Source of the DNA: Rhina ancylostomus
Lineage: Eukaryota
DNA: 64,000 bases
NCBI GenBank assembly: GCA_030265395.1
Contig: JARFYF010000059.1
Span: 19,033,945 to 19,097,944, forward strand
Direction: 5' to 3'
Both the position numbers and the translations under genes were made by a program. The notes beneath the pieces were generated by a model that was given only the letters and a program-made list of their open reading frames with translations, did not search any database and had not been told where the DNA came from. This document shows positions 36,491 through 49,272 of the stretch, piece by piece; the first letter of the stretch is position 1, and the number at the start of each line of letters is the position of its first letter.

Positions 36491-38964
36491 TGAACATAAA
36501 ATATTCTCGGAACAGGAACCGAGCTCTTCAGAATTTCCTGGACAATGTTCATCTCCCAACTAAAATTGCTGTTTGTGGGATTGTGCTTTACACAATCTGT
36601 TTGGTACATATCCAACTTTACTACACTTTGAATGTGTTGTTGGCTGTAGATCACTTTCAGATGTCATTTGATTATAAAAGATGGAATCTAATTTTATCTT
36701 CTTGCTCTTTTGGAGTTCTTGGAAGAACAATCCTGGAGCAGTTACTAAACCCATGAGATGCTACAGTAGTAATATGGTCGTGCACTTGAGCACTTAATCT
36801 GCAATTAAGTATGTCTACTTAACTTATTTCAGCAATGGTTCAATGACACCTTTAAGTTAGTACCTTGACACAGGATATATAAACTGCGATGTAGTGAAAG
36901 GAATGAAAATAATCTTTTAACCAAAGAAATAAAATAATAAGTACAAGTTCAGTTGTTGTTTTTATTCAGTTTTTCCTGCCCCTATAAGGGAATGGTGGCT
37001 GTTCTCTGCTCACTCCCACTCACTATTCTCTCTTTTTCTCCTCTCTTATGTTTCCACTGGCATTGATTCTCCATCAGTATCTCTTCAAAGTGATCGCTGT
37101 TCCTAAACAAGCTAAAATAGAAGAATCAGCAGGCTATATTTCTATCCAAAGTATCATAGCTGTATTTGATCTGGATCTCAAGTGATCATGACTAACCACT
37201 GGTTCAGCAGGGCTACCACTCAAGTCCTCTGCAGTGCTGACTGATGTTCCTTACAGTCATGTCACTGGTATCCATGAAGAGTTTAAGTGTGGTTTCATAG
37301 ATTATGTGATGAAGCCCATCATCTACATGGCATGCTGCCATATTTGTCTGTGCACAGAAGTTAGTGGGACAGGGTGGAGAGAGGGGGAGAAAGAAAATTG
37401 GCATTCCGTGAGAGCCCAGTTCAACTTACCCCTGCCCCAACTGTAGGTGAAGTCTATCACTGTATCAAGAATAAGAAAGAAGAGCATTACACAAAATATT
37501 GAAGTGCCAAAAAAGAGTAACAGGTCACTGGGAGGTCACTGTGATCAGAATTAACTATAATTTAAATATTGCACTTAGAGTAGGAAGGGATTTGGAACTT
37601 GTCCATACCCCAAATATTTGAGCAATGGAACTAGTCAGCAAGGAGAACATTGTGAAAGGGGCACAATGAATATGTTATTGGATGTAGAAGGGAACAGAGG
37701 CTCATGGTAAATAGGTGGTACTGAAGGATACAGAGTGTATGAGGGATTAGGAGGTATAATAAGAAGCTGGATGGATGGAATCAGGTATAGTGTGTTTGTG
37801 GCACTGAAGAAGATAATGAGTATATGAGATTAGGAAATATGGGTAGATGGTGGATAGGTGGAGGTTGAGAGGTCTGTGAGACAATGGGAAGGTGTGAGAG
37901 TGGGCTGTATCTACAAAGGCCCGGTGTAGAAGGGCCAATTAGTTTCTTTTGTTCTTGAAACTTCTCATTAATGTGTGAAGTGTTTTGAAAGCTGGTTTGG
38001 GACTTCAGGGGTTAAGTCTGTATAAGCCTGTGAACCACATGAAAGCCATTTCCATTCCATTTATCCGCATACATGTGGGCTATTATTGTCTCAAAGGTAC
38101 CTTAAAGTACGTGTGACATGTGCCCATGGTGCCTTTGTATGTTTCTGGATGACATGAGTGTATTTCATCTATCAGAGGGATCAAAATCAATTGATTTTGA
38201 AGTAAAGAGTTGAATAGTCAACGGTAAGATGAGACCAAGTTAAAAGATTAGTAGTCCCATTAGACATTAACATTTAAAGCACATGACAATTAAATCCTTC
38301 CAGTTAACGGATGTTTTTATGGCTCTGTTCATATGCTGTAACTGCGGAACATGATTGATCCATCTCTGCTGAAGCAATCCCTGCAAAGGCACTTCAGTCC
38401 TTCAGCACCTCTGGACTTGTGCTCTCACTCATGATTGCTATCCATCCTTCAGCTGGTGGCTAAGGGTAGCATTGGTAACAATGCCATCTCCAGTCAAATA
38501 GCTGGCCACTATTCTATGATTATTTGTGAAGAACAGCTTTTGGGCAACAGTATTCAGTTTTTTCCATGAGTGAGAAATTTATACAGTGAATTGCTACATG
38601 AATCACATATAATGTCACTGTTCTAGGGAGTGCCTTGGTTACTGTTATTGACTGTGTTGTGAGTATTGCGTCAAATAGGAGTCTGTTATCAACATGACAT
38701 GTCAATTACTAGGATAAAATATAAAGAGGATAATAACTACAAATGTTGGGAGGACACAGCACATTTAAAGGTCTAACTCTTTTCAACATCACTTGCTTTT
38801 TTTTCCAAGGATGTTGCTATTATTTTCATCTGTTTTTGCATCTGGACCTTGAAAAGACTGATCAGCCCATAACACATTAATCTACATCCAGAGTCCATGC
38901 ACAATTATTCTATCACATGCTTTCCTCTTCCCTTCAGAAGCACCGATTTGTTCTTCCAAACTAA

Positions 38965-39152
38965 AAGGAATTGCATATATTTATTGCCTTTGACAATCAC
39001 TGTCCAACTAATGAAGTCTCTTTTTGAAGTGTAATGGCTGCTGCCATGGCTGATAATTTGTGCATAGCAAGATCTCTCTACATTAATGTGATAATTGCAC
39101 AGATAATATATTACTCAGTAATGTTAATTGAGAGATAAGTATTTACTCCAGG
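38965..39152 (-). mobile_element. DeuSINE 3' part, followed by a CR1 fragment (39160-39350, +)
   Basis: ttttgaagtgtaatggctg..ataatttgtgcatagcaagatc..gttaattgagagataagtatt; the CR1 piece reads DIEALVKVQ. Confidence 0.6.
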
Positions 39153-40379
39153 GCATCAATGTAGTGGCCCAGTCTTTGAAAGAGATATTGAGGCACTGGT
39201 GAAAGTTCAGAGCAGTGTGGGAAAGTTGTTCTGGCAATTCAGTTCAATGTTATGAAAGGAATGTTGCAACTTGTTTTAACAGGATTTAACAAGAAGAATT
39301 GAAATGTGCCTTGATGCACGGCTTCAAAATTTTAAAAGGTTTAGTCAGGAAGGGGCCAAATTTTTGGGCTTGGAGAGCCATCTTCAGCTCAGAGTAGAAG
39401 ACTATGCACCAGATTTGTTGCCGACACTTCTGTGCAGATGACTTGGCAGTGGATGGAGGCATTGCACAATGTACAGTGCTGGTTTGATGCCACTTGCAGA
39501 AACTTTTTCTGTGTCTATGGGGCTCAGAAAGGGGAAAGGGCCTCACCTTATCTGGACTACTGCCAGGAAATTAGAATAGTCTGATTCCTAAGAGTGATTA
39601 TCTTCTTTATCTTTTACCCATCATTTCCCACCACCCTGCTTCTTGCCAACATCCTTTTGTCTCTCAGCAACAGATTCCCTACAACTGATCATCTGCCTGA
39701 CCTCTCCACTATCTCTCTCTCTCTCTTCCTTTTCATCCCCACTCCAGTCTTGATTCTCCTTCTGACACAGCCCACCCATGATCCGACCTAAGCCATCCTA
39801 TCCCCAGCTTTGCTCTACTATTGCCAGTCTCTGCAACGGTAGGAGAATAAGGAGGAAATTCCACTGTCCTTGCTGCCTTGGACAGAAGGCCAAGAGTTTC
39901 CACAGATCATATTTTGTGCAATTAAATGTGAGCACAGAAATAGAGGATAAATTTAATCAACCCAAGAGCAGGAGGAATATTTCACCACCATGTAACATTT
40001 CCCCAGCAGCTCCTCCTGTGTTCCATAAGTCAAAAGTAACCCTGGAAAAATTGGGGTTTCTTCAGGATTTCCCCTGTGATTATGGCGAGAGGTCAGAAGA
40101 GTCTCTTGATATTTCCTATCTCCTAGACAACAAACTCCTTTTAAAAAATATTGCTAATAAATTCTTTTAAAACTGTATTTGGACAAATACCAGGTTACAA
40201 ATGAAGGTTAAAAGATAACAAGCACAGAGAGTCAGATTCTCAAGGGAGCATTATCCTGGTCCTGCTGTGACCATGGAAGTGTCATTTGCAAAAGGCAGCC
40301 AGTCAGGAATGAATAATGTGGGTATAAAAAGATGGTTAAAAATAAAATGAGAGGAATTGCTATCAAATATGAGTTAAAC

Positions 40380-42320
40380 AGTACAGCAGTGCTCACAGAA
40401 GTATAACAGGGGAATTGGAGTTAATAATGCATTACAGGGAACCAGACAGAGTTGTGATTACGGGGACATGGCTACAGAAAAATCAGAACTGTGAAATAAA
40501 TGCTAGTGAGTAAAACATATTTAGAAAAGAATAAGAAGGAAAAGCGGGGTGTGGAGTAATTGTACTGATTAGAGAAAACCTTCAGAGTGGGATAAGGTGA
40601 TGCAGCTTTCAGTAAGAAAGAAATAAAATCCATGTGGAGAGGTAATAGATAATATGTTAATTGTGCAAATAGGTATAGTGTACAAACCACCTAATAGTGG
40701 GTGGAGGAAGAAGTATGAAAACAAGTTATGGAAATGAGTAGAAAACATAGAATAATCATTTTGGTGGATTTAAACCAGCCCAAAATTAATTACACATGCT
40801 AGTAATTAAGTATGGTAAGAATTTAGAACTTCTACCATTTTACAGGAGTCCTTATCTTATCCTGTATGTGAAATGCTGAGTAAGGGTCAAGTAGTAGTAC
40901 TTCTGGTCAAGTAGTGGGGAACAATCAAGAACAGAAAGGAGAAAATGTCGGGGAATTGCTAGGCAGTAGTGATCATAATACAATGATAAATATGACGAAA
41001 ACCAAGGTAATGGACAGGAGAAAATTTGACTTTGAGGGGCAGAGAAAAAAACTTGAGAAAGTAATATGGCCGGCAATGTTGGAAGTATCAGCAAACAATA
41101 ATGTAGAATAGCAATGGGAAACATTTAAGATGATGTTCAACAGAATCCAAGAAAATTAAATTTGCTAAAATATAAGAACAAACTGAATCCTCGTGAGAAA
41201 CCAAAATTAAGAAATATGAAGAGAGAAGGTGAGAAACGTTTACAAAGGAAAAGAGGAATTATGAAACTAAGTTATCAGAGAAGCTAAAATAGTAACATAT
41301 TCCACAATCATATATACTTAAATAAAGGGAAATTTGTGATGCGATTAGAATCAGTGAGGGATAAACCATTTAAAAGTACAAAGCAGGAATAATGAAATAG
41401 TGATGATATTGAGTAGAATCATCTGACCTGGTGCTACTGCCTAGGCTAGGACCATCAGCATGTTCCCAGTGCTGATGTGGCCTTAAGGCAGTGGTGGTAT
41501 TTTCCATCTTGCCACCTGTGGCGTTGGCTTCCCCTGTACTGGTAGACACTTCATGGAGCCCATCAGGATAGCACCAACTTTTCCATCCCTGGTGCCAGCT
41601 CTGTAGGAGAGAGATTAACTGCTAGAAGAAAGGTGAGTGGAGCTTTTGCTGAAGTTATTTTAAATGGTTTGGATGTTTCTAAGTGTATGCATTTTCTCAG
41701 TCTTTTAGTTTTAAACTTAAAGTATGTTGTTAACATTTTATTATTTATTTCTGGTGAATTTGAATGTGAATGCTAAAAACATTAAGAACACTCAGTAACA
41801 ACTTTGAAAGGCTGTTCACTGGCTGTCAGACCCCTGTGAATCCAGCTGACTGCCTGTGCTCTGACAGCCACAAGGCCACACACTGTATCCTGAAGCTTTG
41901 GGAGCTGAGCTCCCAGTGGTAGGATGTGCTCAGGGCAATGCAATGCTGGTAAAAAATAACACAGGTAGGTGGTCAACAATTTTCTTCAGTACTTTTACAT
42001 ATAAAAAAAGGACAAAGGTGAACCAGGAATAAGGTTCCAAATTGGGGTGAGGCCAATTTTTCCAGATAGAAATATACTTGAAGGTGAAATGTGGAGATGA
42101 AAGAAATGAATATTTTGTGTCTAGCTTCACAAAAGAGGGAGATGATACTAAAATTGTGGTTAAGGAGGATGCATGTGAAACACTGGATATAATAAACATA
42201 GAAAGAGAGGAAATATTATGAGATCTAATTTTTAAAAGCAGATAAATTGGCAGGCCCTGATAAGATATTTTCCAGGCTCTTCTTTGACAAAACAAGGGTA
42301 CATTGGAGGATTGGAACCTC
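40380..42320 (+). mobile_element. CR1 LINE APE-endonuclease to RT-start region, heavily decayed, interrupted at 41411-41988
   Basis: Remnants V.ITGTWL, GIVYKPPNS, II..DLN.P, VGELLGSSDHN, NEYFVSSFTKE and DKLQALIR (decayed DKSPGPD). Confidence 0.75.
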
Positions 42321-42339
42321 ATTTTACAATCCACACAAC

Positions 42340-43690
42340 TTCTCTACTTCTCTACTCCATAACTAGCTGCACCTCAAACTAAAGTGTTTCAGTACAGTTG
42401 AAACACTGACATCCACCTGATAAAATGGAAAGTTTCCCAGGCATGCCCTGTTCAGAAAAAGTAGGACAAATCCAATCCAGCTAACTACCACCCAAAAGTC
42501 TACCCTCAATCATCAGCATTGTAATAGAAGGCGTCACTGACAATACAATTGCTCAGCAATAACCAGCTCACTGACACCCATTTTGGGCTTCACCCGACTA
42601 CCCTGCTCCAGATATCATTACATTGTTGATGCAAACATAAAGCTGAATTCCAGAGGTAATGTGAGAACAACTGCTCTTGACATTGAGGTAGCGTTTGACT
42701 GAAGGCAAAGGGCAAAAAAGGAAAAATGCTCTAATGGTTACTCTCCAACCTTACATTAGGGAAAATGCTTTTGTAGTTCAAAGTCGAGAATCCCAGTCCT
42801 AGCACAGAAGTGCAGGAAATCCTTAGGTCAATGTCCAAGGCCCAAGTATGTTCCTCTACTTCACCAATGTCACCAGGGTCAGAAGTGATAATGTTTGCTG
42901 ATCATTGTGCAATGCTCTGTTCCATTTGCAACTCTGCAGCAAATTAAGCAAGTAGGCTGCATGTAGCAAGATCCAGACAACATTCTGGCACAGGTTGAGA
43001 AGTGGCAACTAATATTCACAGCACAAAAGTGCCCGGTAATGACCTACATCAACAAGAGAGACTATATACCTATGCTTGACATTCAGAAATATTACCATTG
43101 CCAAAAAGCAAACTATCCATATCTTAGGGATTACCATTGACCAAAAGCTGAATTGTGCCAGCTACATAAACCATGGGTACAAAAGCAGATGAGAGGCTGG
43201 GTACCCTGTGGTGAGTAACTCACCTCCAGAAACACAAAGCCTTTCCACATCTACAAGGCACAAGTCAGGAGCATGATGGAATACAGTATATTTGCCTGGA
43301 AGAGGGCAGCTCCAACGACACTAAAGAAGATCTGCAGCATCTAAAACAAAGCAGCCTGCTTCAGTGGAACTTCATCAACTACCATAAGCTATCATTCCCT
43401 GCACCAGCAGCACACAGTAAGTGTAATATCACCAAGAAGGACAAAGGCAGCAAGGGCATTGGAAGACCATGAACTGCAGGTATCCTTCCAAGTCACTGAT
43501 TTGAAAATATATGGCTGGTACTTTATTGTCAATAAATCCTTGAAACCCCACTTCAACAGCACAGTTGGAGTACCTTCACCACAAGGATTACTGTCATTCA
43601 AGAAGCCAGCTCACCCCATCACCTTTTCAAGTACAATTAGGGATGGGCAATAAATGCTGGCCTTAGCCAGTGATGCTTCAATCCCAAAGT
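42340..43690 (+). mobile_element. Non-LTR retrotransposon (CR1/L2-group, distinct family) RT through the 3' end
   Basis: Decayed LAAP..KVFQYS, WKVSQACPVQKK.DKSNPANY.P, LDIEVAFD, MFADHC, ILGITIDQKLN and IYKAQVRSMMEYS; tail ttcaagaagccagctcacc..aattagggatgggcaataaatgctggcc. Confidence 0.85.
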
Positions 43691-44799
43691 TTTCTTTTGA
43701 AGCTCTTCATTTGTAGACTGAATTCTTCTTTAAATTTAAACTACAACAACCTCTTTAAGAGACATTTTGACTAAGAGAAAGAAATATTTTCCAAGTCCAA
43801 TTTTTCACACACTACTGCAGACATCTAAAAGACCACTTACTGCTTAGCCTCATAGCTGGAATGGTTGCAACCAGTGTCAGTGATTAGGCTTCTTACTGAA
43901 AGTACTAATATAAATAATGAGCATCAGTGATCTGGAGGGTTAGACTGAGCCACAGTGAACTCACCTTGTAACAGAGTAGATTTCCATTCAGATTTGATGC
44001 TGTCAGCTCTTGTGGGGTAGATACTCAGTCATTTGATAACTAGAAAACTGGACAGCAGTAGTTAGTAATTGTGATTTCTATAAACTATTGCATTGACATT
44101 AGAATGCCATTATCCCTCTCCCCCTCCTATCTGTCCCTTATTGGCTGTGTGCCGGATGAAAGAAGGCAGCTGATATTGCAGTGCTCACCTGGTGTGCTCC
44201 TTAACACAGCTGCTTCTCACGGCAAGGACATCGCAGTGAGCATAAAATACAGGCTGCCCTAGGCAAATTTAACAGTCACTGGGGATTGCTTAACCTCAAC
44301 ACCTGTGATTGAATCACATGGAAAATTAAATAGCTTCTTCCTAATTACGCAAAAAATGAATGCATAAAAATTGATGATTTAATTGCCTGTTAATTCAGCA
44401 GGTAAATGTATTATGAAATATTGAACCATACACAGCTACAAGATTTGATCCTGGATCTTTGCTGAGCTGGCAGATCTCAGGTACATAGAAATGTCATTAG
44501 TGCCCCACAATCCATAGAGAGGGAGTACAAACAAGCTTCCAATTTCTTATGACCTCTGCTGGAAGGTGGAGAGGTGTGGCTGTTGGCCAAGATTCAGTTG
44601 TGGAACTCTCCATAGTGGAATGGCCTAATGATGAGCAGTGTTTCGTTTGTACTTCTAAGTCTCTGAGGAGAGACAGACACTTGACACTGTTGGGGGAGGT
44701 GGAGACAAATACTCGCCGATCACTAACTGGCATAAAATGAACAGCTTAACACATTTCACAGGTGAACAAGGGTTAGATTCTTGACAAGCTTAGGGACAG

Positions 44800-45245
44800 G
44801 CAGAGACCATTCAGCCACTGCAGCCTGCTTTGTCATTCATTTGATTCATAGCTGAACTGCTTCTTAATTCCATCTAATTCCCTTGGATTTATAATTCTTA
44901 ATATCCTTGTTTAATAATAATATTAGTTTTGAAATTTTCAATTGACCTTTGGCATCAATAGTTTTTTTTGGAAGGAGTGAGTTCATGACATCACCCCTGA
45001 ATTAATTAGGTCTATTTTTAAGGTTGTAACCCCTTTTACTGAATTTTCCCCAAAGGAAAGTTTCTCCCCACCTTGCACTGGCACTTCAATAATTTCGGTA
45101 AGACCACCATGGAATTATTAATACTTAACTGAATTCGTGCCACCTCTATGTAATCCATCATAATTAATTAACCCTTTTAGAGCCACACTTACTCTAAAAC
45201 CAGTATATTGTTACTGAGGTGCAGTAGTTCAATACAGCTTAACTG
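44800..45245 (-). mobile_element. CR1 LINE 3' end
   Basis: agaccattcagccactgcagcctgct..cattca..tgattcatagctga..aattgacc...catcacccctgaa. Confidence 0.6.
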
Positions 45246-45761
45246 AAGCCTCTGTGTTTGCAGCTATTTGGATTACTTCCAGTCCTCTTTCTTTGCATCA
45301 ATATTCCAGAACTATTTGCAGCTGAAGTGTTAGTGAGAGAGATTTGTGGCACTGGGGTTTAGATGCATACTGTCCAGATTATGTAGCAAGGAAAGAATTG
45401 TTCAGTGAAATTGGTCTGTTGGGGCCTGTGACTGGATAAGCAACACTGCTTAAAGTGCTATTCTGTACTTATGGAGTAACGCCTGTGGAATAACAAGTTT
45501 TTATATTGTCACCTACTGCCGATGCGAAGGCTATAAAATATAGTTTATAGAGGCAAAAGGAGTGAACAGTGCATGGTTTGTAAACCAGTTTCTTAGAGTG
45601 GGGACCTAAGTCTAAAAATGAGTTGGTGGACATGCATCAGCAGCATGAAACTGGCCATAATTCAGCATGAATTGGCAGGCTCATTCAGTGATGTTTGTAG
45701 TGGGAAATAACACATTGGAACTGTGCAGGAGGCTGTTCTACTGCTGGGAATAAGGCAGAAG

Positions 45762-46148
45762 AAACAACAAACTCAGATTTTTACAGTGCCTTTCAGGACC
45801 TCAGGATGTGCTAAACTACTTATCAGCCAGTGGACTGCATTATAACTGTATTTATTGTTGTAATATAGGAAGTGTGGCAGATAGCTGTGCACAACAGCAA
45901 TCAACTAATCTCTGTTAACAATATTGTTTGAGAAATAAATATTGAGTGGAACATAGGAATATTTTGCATTTCTGAGAAATCTTGGCATTTCAGTGTAAGG
46001 ATTCATCTGAAAGATGCCACCTCCAACAATGCAGCATTCCCTTGTTATTGCACTGGGAATGTCACACTAAACTTTATGCTTGTGCTTTTGTTGACTGTGA
46101 TTTTTGTTCTGTTGACTGAGAAATGAGAGTGCTACCATTTAAGCCACA
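45762..46148 (-). mobile_element. DeuSINE, nearly full length with a tRNA-like head
   Basis: Head (minus) gtggcttaaatggtagcactctc; core tcatctgaaagatgccacctccaacaatgcagcattccc..tgcactgggaatgtca; L2-like tail. Confidence 0.75.
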
Positions 46149-46479
46149 AGGGACCCTAATTTGGAAGAACATTTTTGTAGATCTTGCACTTCTGAAGTCT
46201 GTTCATCCAATTTCAGGTCCCCTCAGGTTGGGGAGGAGAAGGGCAAAGATGAGATCTGAGGAGCTAGAATGGCACTAGAATCAACTTATAGAACAGCAAC
46301 CCTTTGGTTGGTAGCTTCATGCTTGTTCCCATCCAGAGCTGGAAAACCTGGCAGACTAGATTCAGGGCAGTCCAATGTGCAAGAAAGGTTTGAAATTTTA
46401 CAAAATGGGGATCAAACATATTTGACTTAGAAAAATTAGTATTTTCATCACAGGTCAGGATGTTGTCCAACAACATTCA

Positions 46480-46915
46480 AAAAATTTAACATCATTCAGG
46501 ACTAAGTAGAGTGCTTGATAATTATTCTGTCCACCACCCTATGTTGTTTGTTTTCTCTATCATAGGGGTACTGTCTTGCAGCGTGTACTATCTAGAAAAC
46601 GCAATACAATTATTTGTCAGCATTGCTTCAACAGTGACTCCCAAACCCACAAGTTCTACCACCAGGAAAACAGTAGCAGGTGCATGTGAAAGCCACCATG
46701 TGTGCATTCATCTTGTTCATTCCTCTCGTTCATCGATTTCCCCTTCGTTCATCTTTGCTGGGTGCAAATCCTGGAATTCCCTGCTCACTGTGGGAACACT
46801 TTCTCCAGAAGGACTGCAGCAGTTCAGGGTTGTGCCTCACCACCAATTTCTGAAAGTCAGTTAGGGAAGGGCATTAAATATTGGCATTACCAGCAATGCC
46901 TGCATCTCATAAATA
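46480..46915 (+). mobile_element. LINE 3' fragment (family of 42340-43690)
   Basis: gctgggtgcaaatcctggaattccct..ggactgcagcagttcagg..ctcaccacca..ttagggaagggcattaaat. Confidence 0.7.
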
Positions 46916-48244
46916 ATCATCAAAGAAATGTCCTTGCAATCCTTTCTCTCACAGATACTTACCTGACTTTCCACATAAATTTACCAATGGGTTATGTTTG
47001 TGATAAACCTAGGAACTCAATCATAGAAATTATCATGAATTTTTCAGAAGTTGTCTTTTGCACATCCAATGATTGTCCCCTGTTGTTGGTGTGTCTGACT
47101 TTGTGATTGTTCTGATGGTGTCAGAGGCTGTCTAAATCTGCTGGGTTTTGTATAATGTATTCCATCCATCCACTGCTCTGTTCATAATGCTTTGCTTGAA
47201 TCTTGAAGACCTTTCATTTGCAGGAAATAGTGGATATTGTAGCCTAAGACAGAGATGGCTTGCAGTATCTCGTGTCTAAATAGTCCAATTAAGATTTGCA
47301 TGATCTATGACAATGGTAGCAAGTGCATATGTCAATATTTGATAGTTTAGAAGCCATGTTCTAATGGAGTTTATCCTCTTTAAGCTATTTGAGTCAGTTC
47401 CTGCCACAATTGATGCCCTGTTGGAGTTAACGTTGCCACTTATTCCAATCATTTACCATGGACTCTCCTCAGTAGAAATCTTGAACAATTTGCACCTGAA
47501 CTACTGCATTCCTCTGTTGTTGAACTGAGTTAGGACTTGGCTCATTTAATTACTGTTGTTGATGAAGGGGCTGCATGGGCTGGAGGACTCTTGTATCACC
47601 TGCTTATCCTGAAGGCTAAAGGCAGAGGAGGTCAGTGGAGCCATTCATTTTATTACTTGTTTTAAAAATTTACAGCATTTATTAGGAAAAAACATGACTA
47701 ATTGGATGGCTGCATCAAGGAGCCAGCACAAGCATTACAGGCTTTATAGCCTCCTTCCTTACTATGGGTGCTAGAATCATTGGAATTATTGATATCCTTG
47801 CCACAGATGAGGAGCAAGCCTTATGGATGGCTGGATGGATGCTCAGGCATGGGGAAAGAGCAAGGATAAGAAATTGAGAGGCAAGGGGCTTCGGCCTGGG
47901 TTTTGAATATGAAAAATGACGGATATGCTTTTTAAAGCAAATATTTAGGTTCTGCTGTTACTTGTGAAAGTACAATATAATTTCTATGCTTTTTAAACAA
48001 ACTTGCGGAGCTGGTATCTCCTGTGACTGTATTGTGAACTTACACTACATATGGTGTATTTTGGGAATGTATTAACCCAGGTTCTTTTTTAAAAAGTGAT
48101 GTTCATGAATACTCATAATTATTTGTCATCATTTGATATTTGACAGGGACCCTGTTGGAATGGAACCATGTTAGCAAAGCTGGCAAATATTGTATAAGTT
48201 ACACTTTGCATCTAAATTGGTCTTTTCCTGTTTGTCTTTTTCAG

Positions 48245-48312
48245 GAAATTGCAGCTTACTTAATAACATTCGAGAAACATGAAGAATGGTTAACAACATC
48301 CCCTAAAACCAG
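48245..48312 (+). CDS. CAMTA1: Internal coding exon (68 nt, phase 0 to phase 2) of calmodulin-binding transcription activator 1, CG-1 DNA-binding domain; probably equivalent to human exon 4
   Basis: Polypyrimidine tract and acceptor (tcttttcctgtttgtctttttcag|G), perfect donor (AG|gtaagt), candidate branch point ctaaat at ~48212. Translates GAA ATT GCA GCT TAC TTA ATA ACA TTC GAG AAA CAT GAA GAA TGG TTA ACA ACA TCC CCT AAA ACC AG = EIAAYLITFEKHEEWLTTSPKT(R). This equals the recalled CAMTA1 sequence ...RWNTNE|EIAAYLITFEKHEEWLTTSPKTR|PQNGSMILYNRKKVKYRKDG. Confidence 0.95.
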
Positions 48313-49272
48313 GTAAGTATCAATGCATGTTTTATTGGCCCAGCATTACTGTTAAATGAACTGTGACCACAGAGGTGCATGCATTATTGTTTAAAATACT
48401 TAATGAGGAATGTAATTGTTGTGCTATACCAAAAGTCAGATGAACTGTGGGCTGACTGTTAAAAGCTCTAGTCGATGAGCTAAAACACCTCGTTATATTC
48501 CCTGAGCATGAAAAGTTTCCTCAGAGTATGTTTTCAGGTTTACAAGTATTGATCTGTGTGCCGCCAAAACTGTGCTGTCAATTTCTCAGTATCAGAGTGG
48601 CAGTCACACTCTTCATTCCATATCTTGCCTCTGGTGTCTTTTTTTTTGATTAAGCCACTAAACCAAACCCCACCTTACTGTAAATTCTAGATCACAGGCC
48701 ACAGGTCATGATAGGATCTAATTATTTTTATTAACATGGTGATTTCTTCTGTCTCTGCTGAGTGTGCTGTTCTTACTTGGAGGAGTATAAATCTGTCTGA
48801 TAACTGATCTGCATAATCAGGTATTGACTGAGCAGGTGCCTGTTTGACTACATGGACCATTACACCCCAATCTAATCCTGTCCTTTACTGATATCTGCAC
48901 ACATGGCGCGATCAGGAGGAGGAACTCTGACTTTTTGCTTTCTGATCTCTTAATCCTCAAAGTCAATGAGGCTGTTTGCAGGATTCATTCTGGTCAACAA
49001 TTTGTAATATTTTAATGATATTCTCTGCTTTAAATGTGCTAGTGGCTTTAATCTTTGGAATACCCAGGAATGCTTGTTTGAGAATGACAAGTGAGGAGTG
49101 GGTGCTGAGACCTTAATTTACTCATAAAAGGAGCAAGAATCAGAGACTTTTGTTGTTGAAGGTGACTACTTGTGATTGTTGACCCCGTGGGAATGCTTGC
49201 AGGCACACAGAGCTCAATGTGCCAGATTTGTCACAAAATCCTGGGGACTCTCATGGGGATTACTGGATTGAT

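Larger units (their letters stand above)
1..48244 (+). other. CAMTA1: Inferred CAMTA1 intron upstream of the exon (3' part)
   Basis: The preceding exon (..KERHRWNTNE) was not seen in 48 kb, and the region is repeat-dense non-coding DNA. Vertebrate CAMTA1 is known for very long 5' introns. N-gaps could hide small exons. Confidence 0.75.

Noticed and set aside
35705-36563. Functional reverse transcriptase gene
   Set aside because: Multiple frameshifts and stops, a mutated catalytic motif (ADHTK) and a 3' truncation show it is a dead CR1 copy.
48245-48312. Assignment to CAMTA2
   Set aside because: The residues AAY, HEEW and TTSPK match recalled CAMTA1, not CAMTA2.
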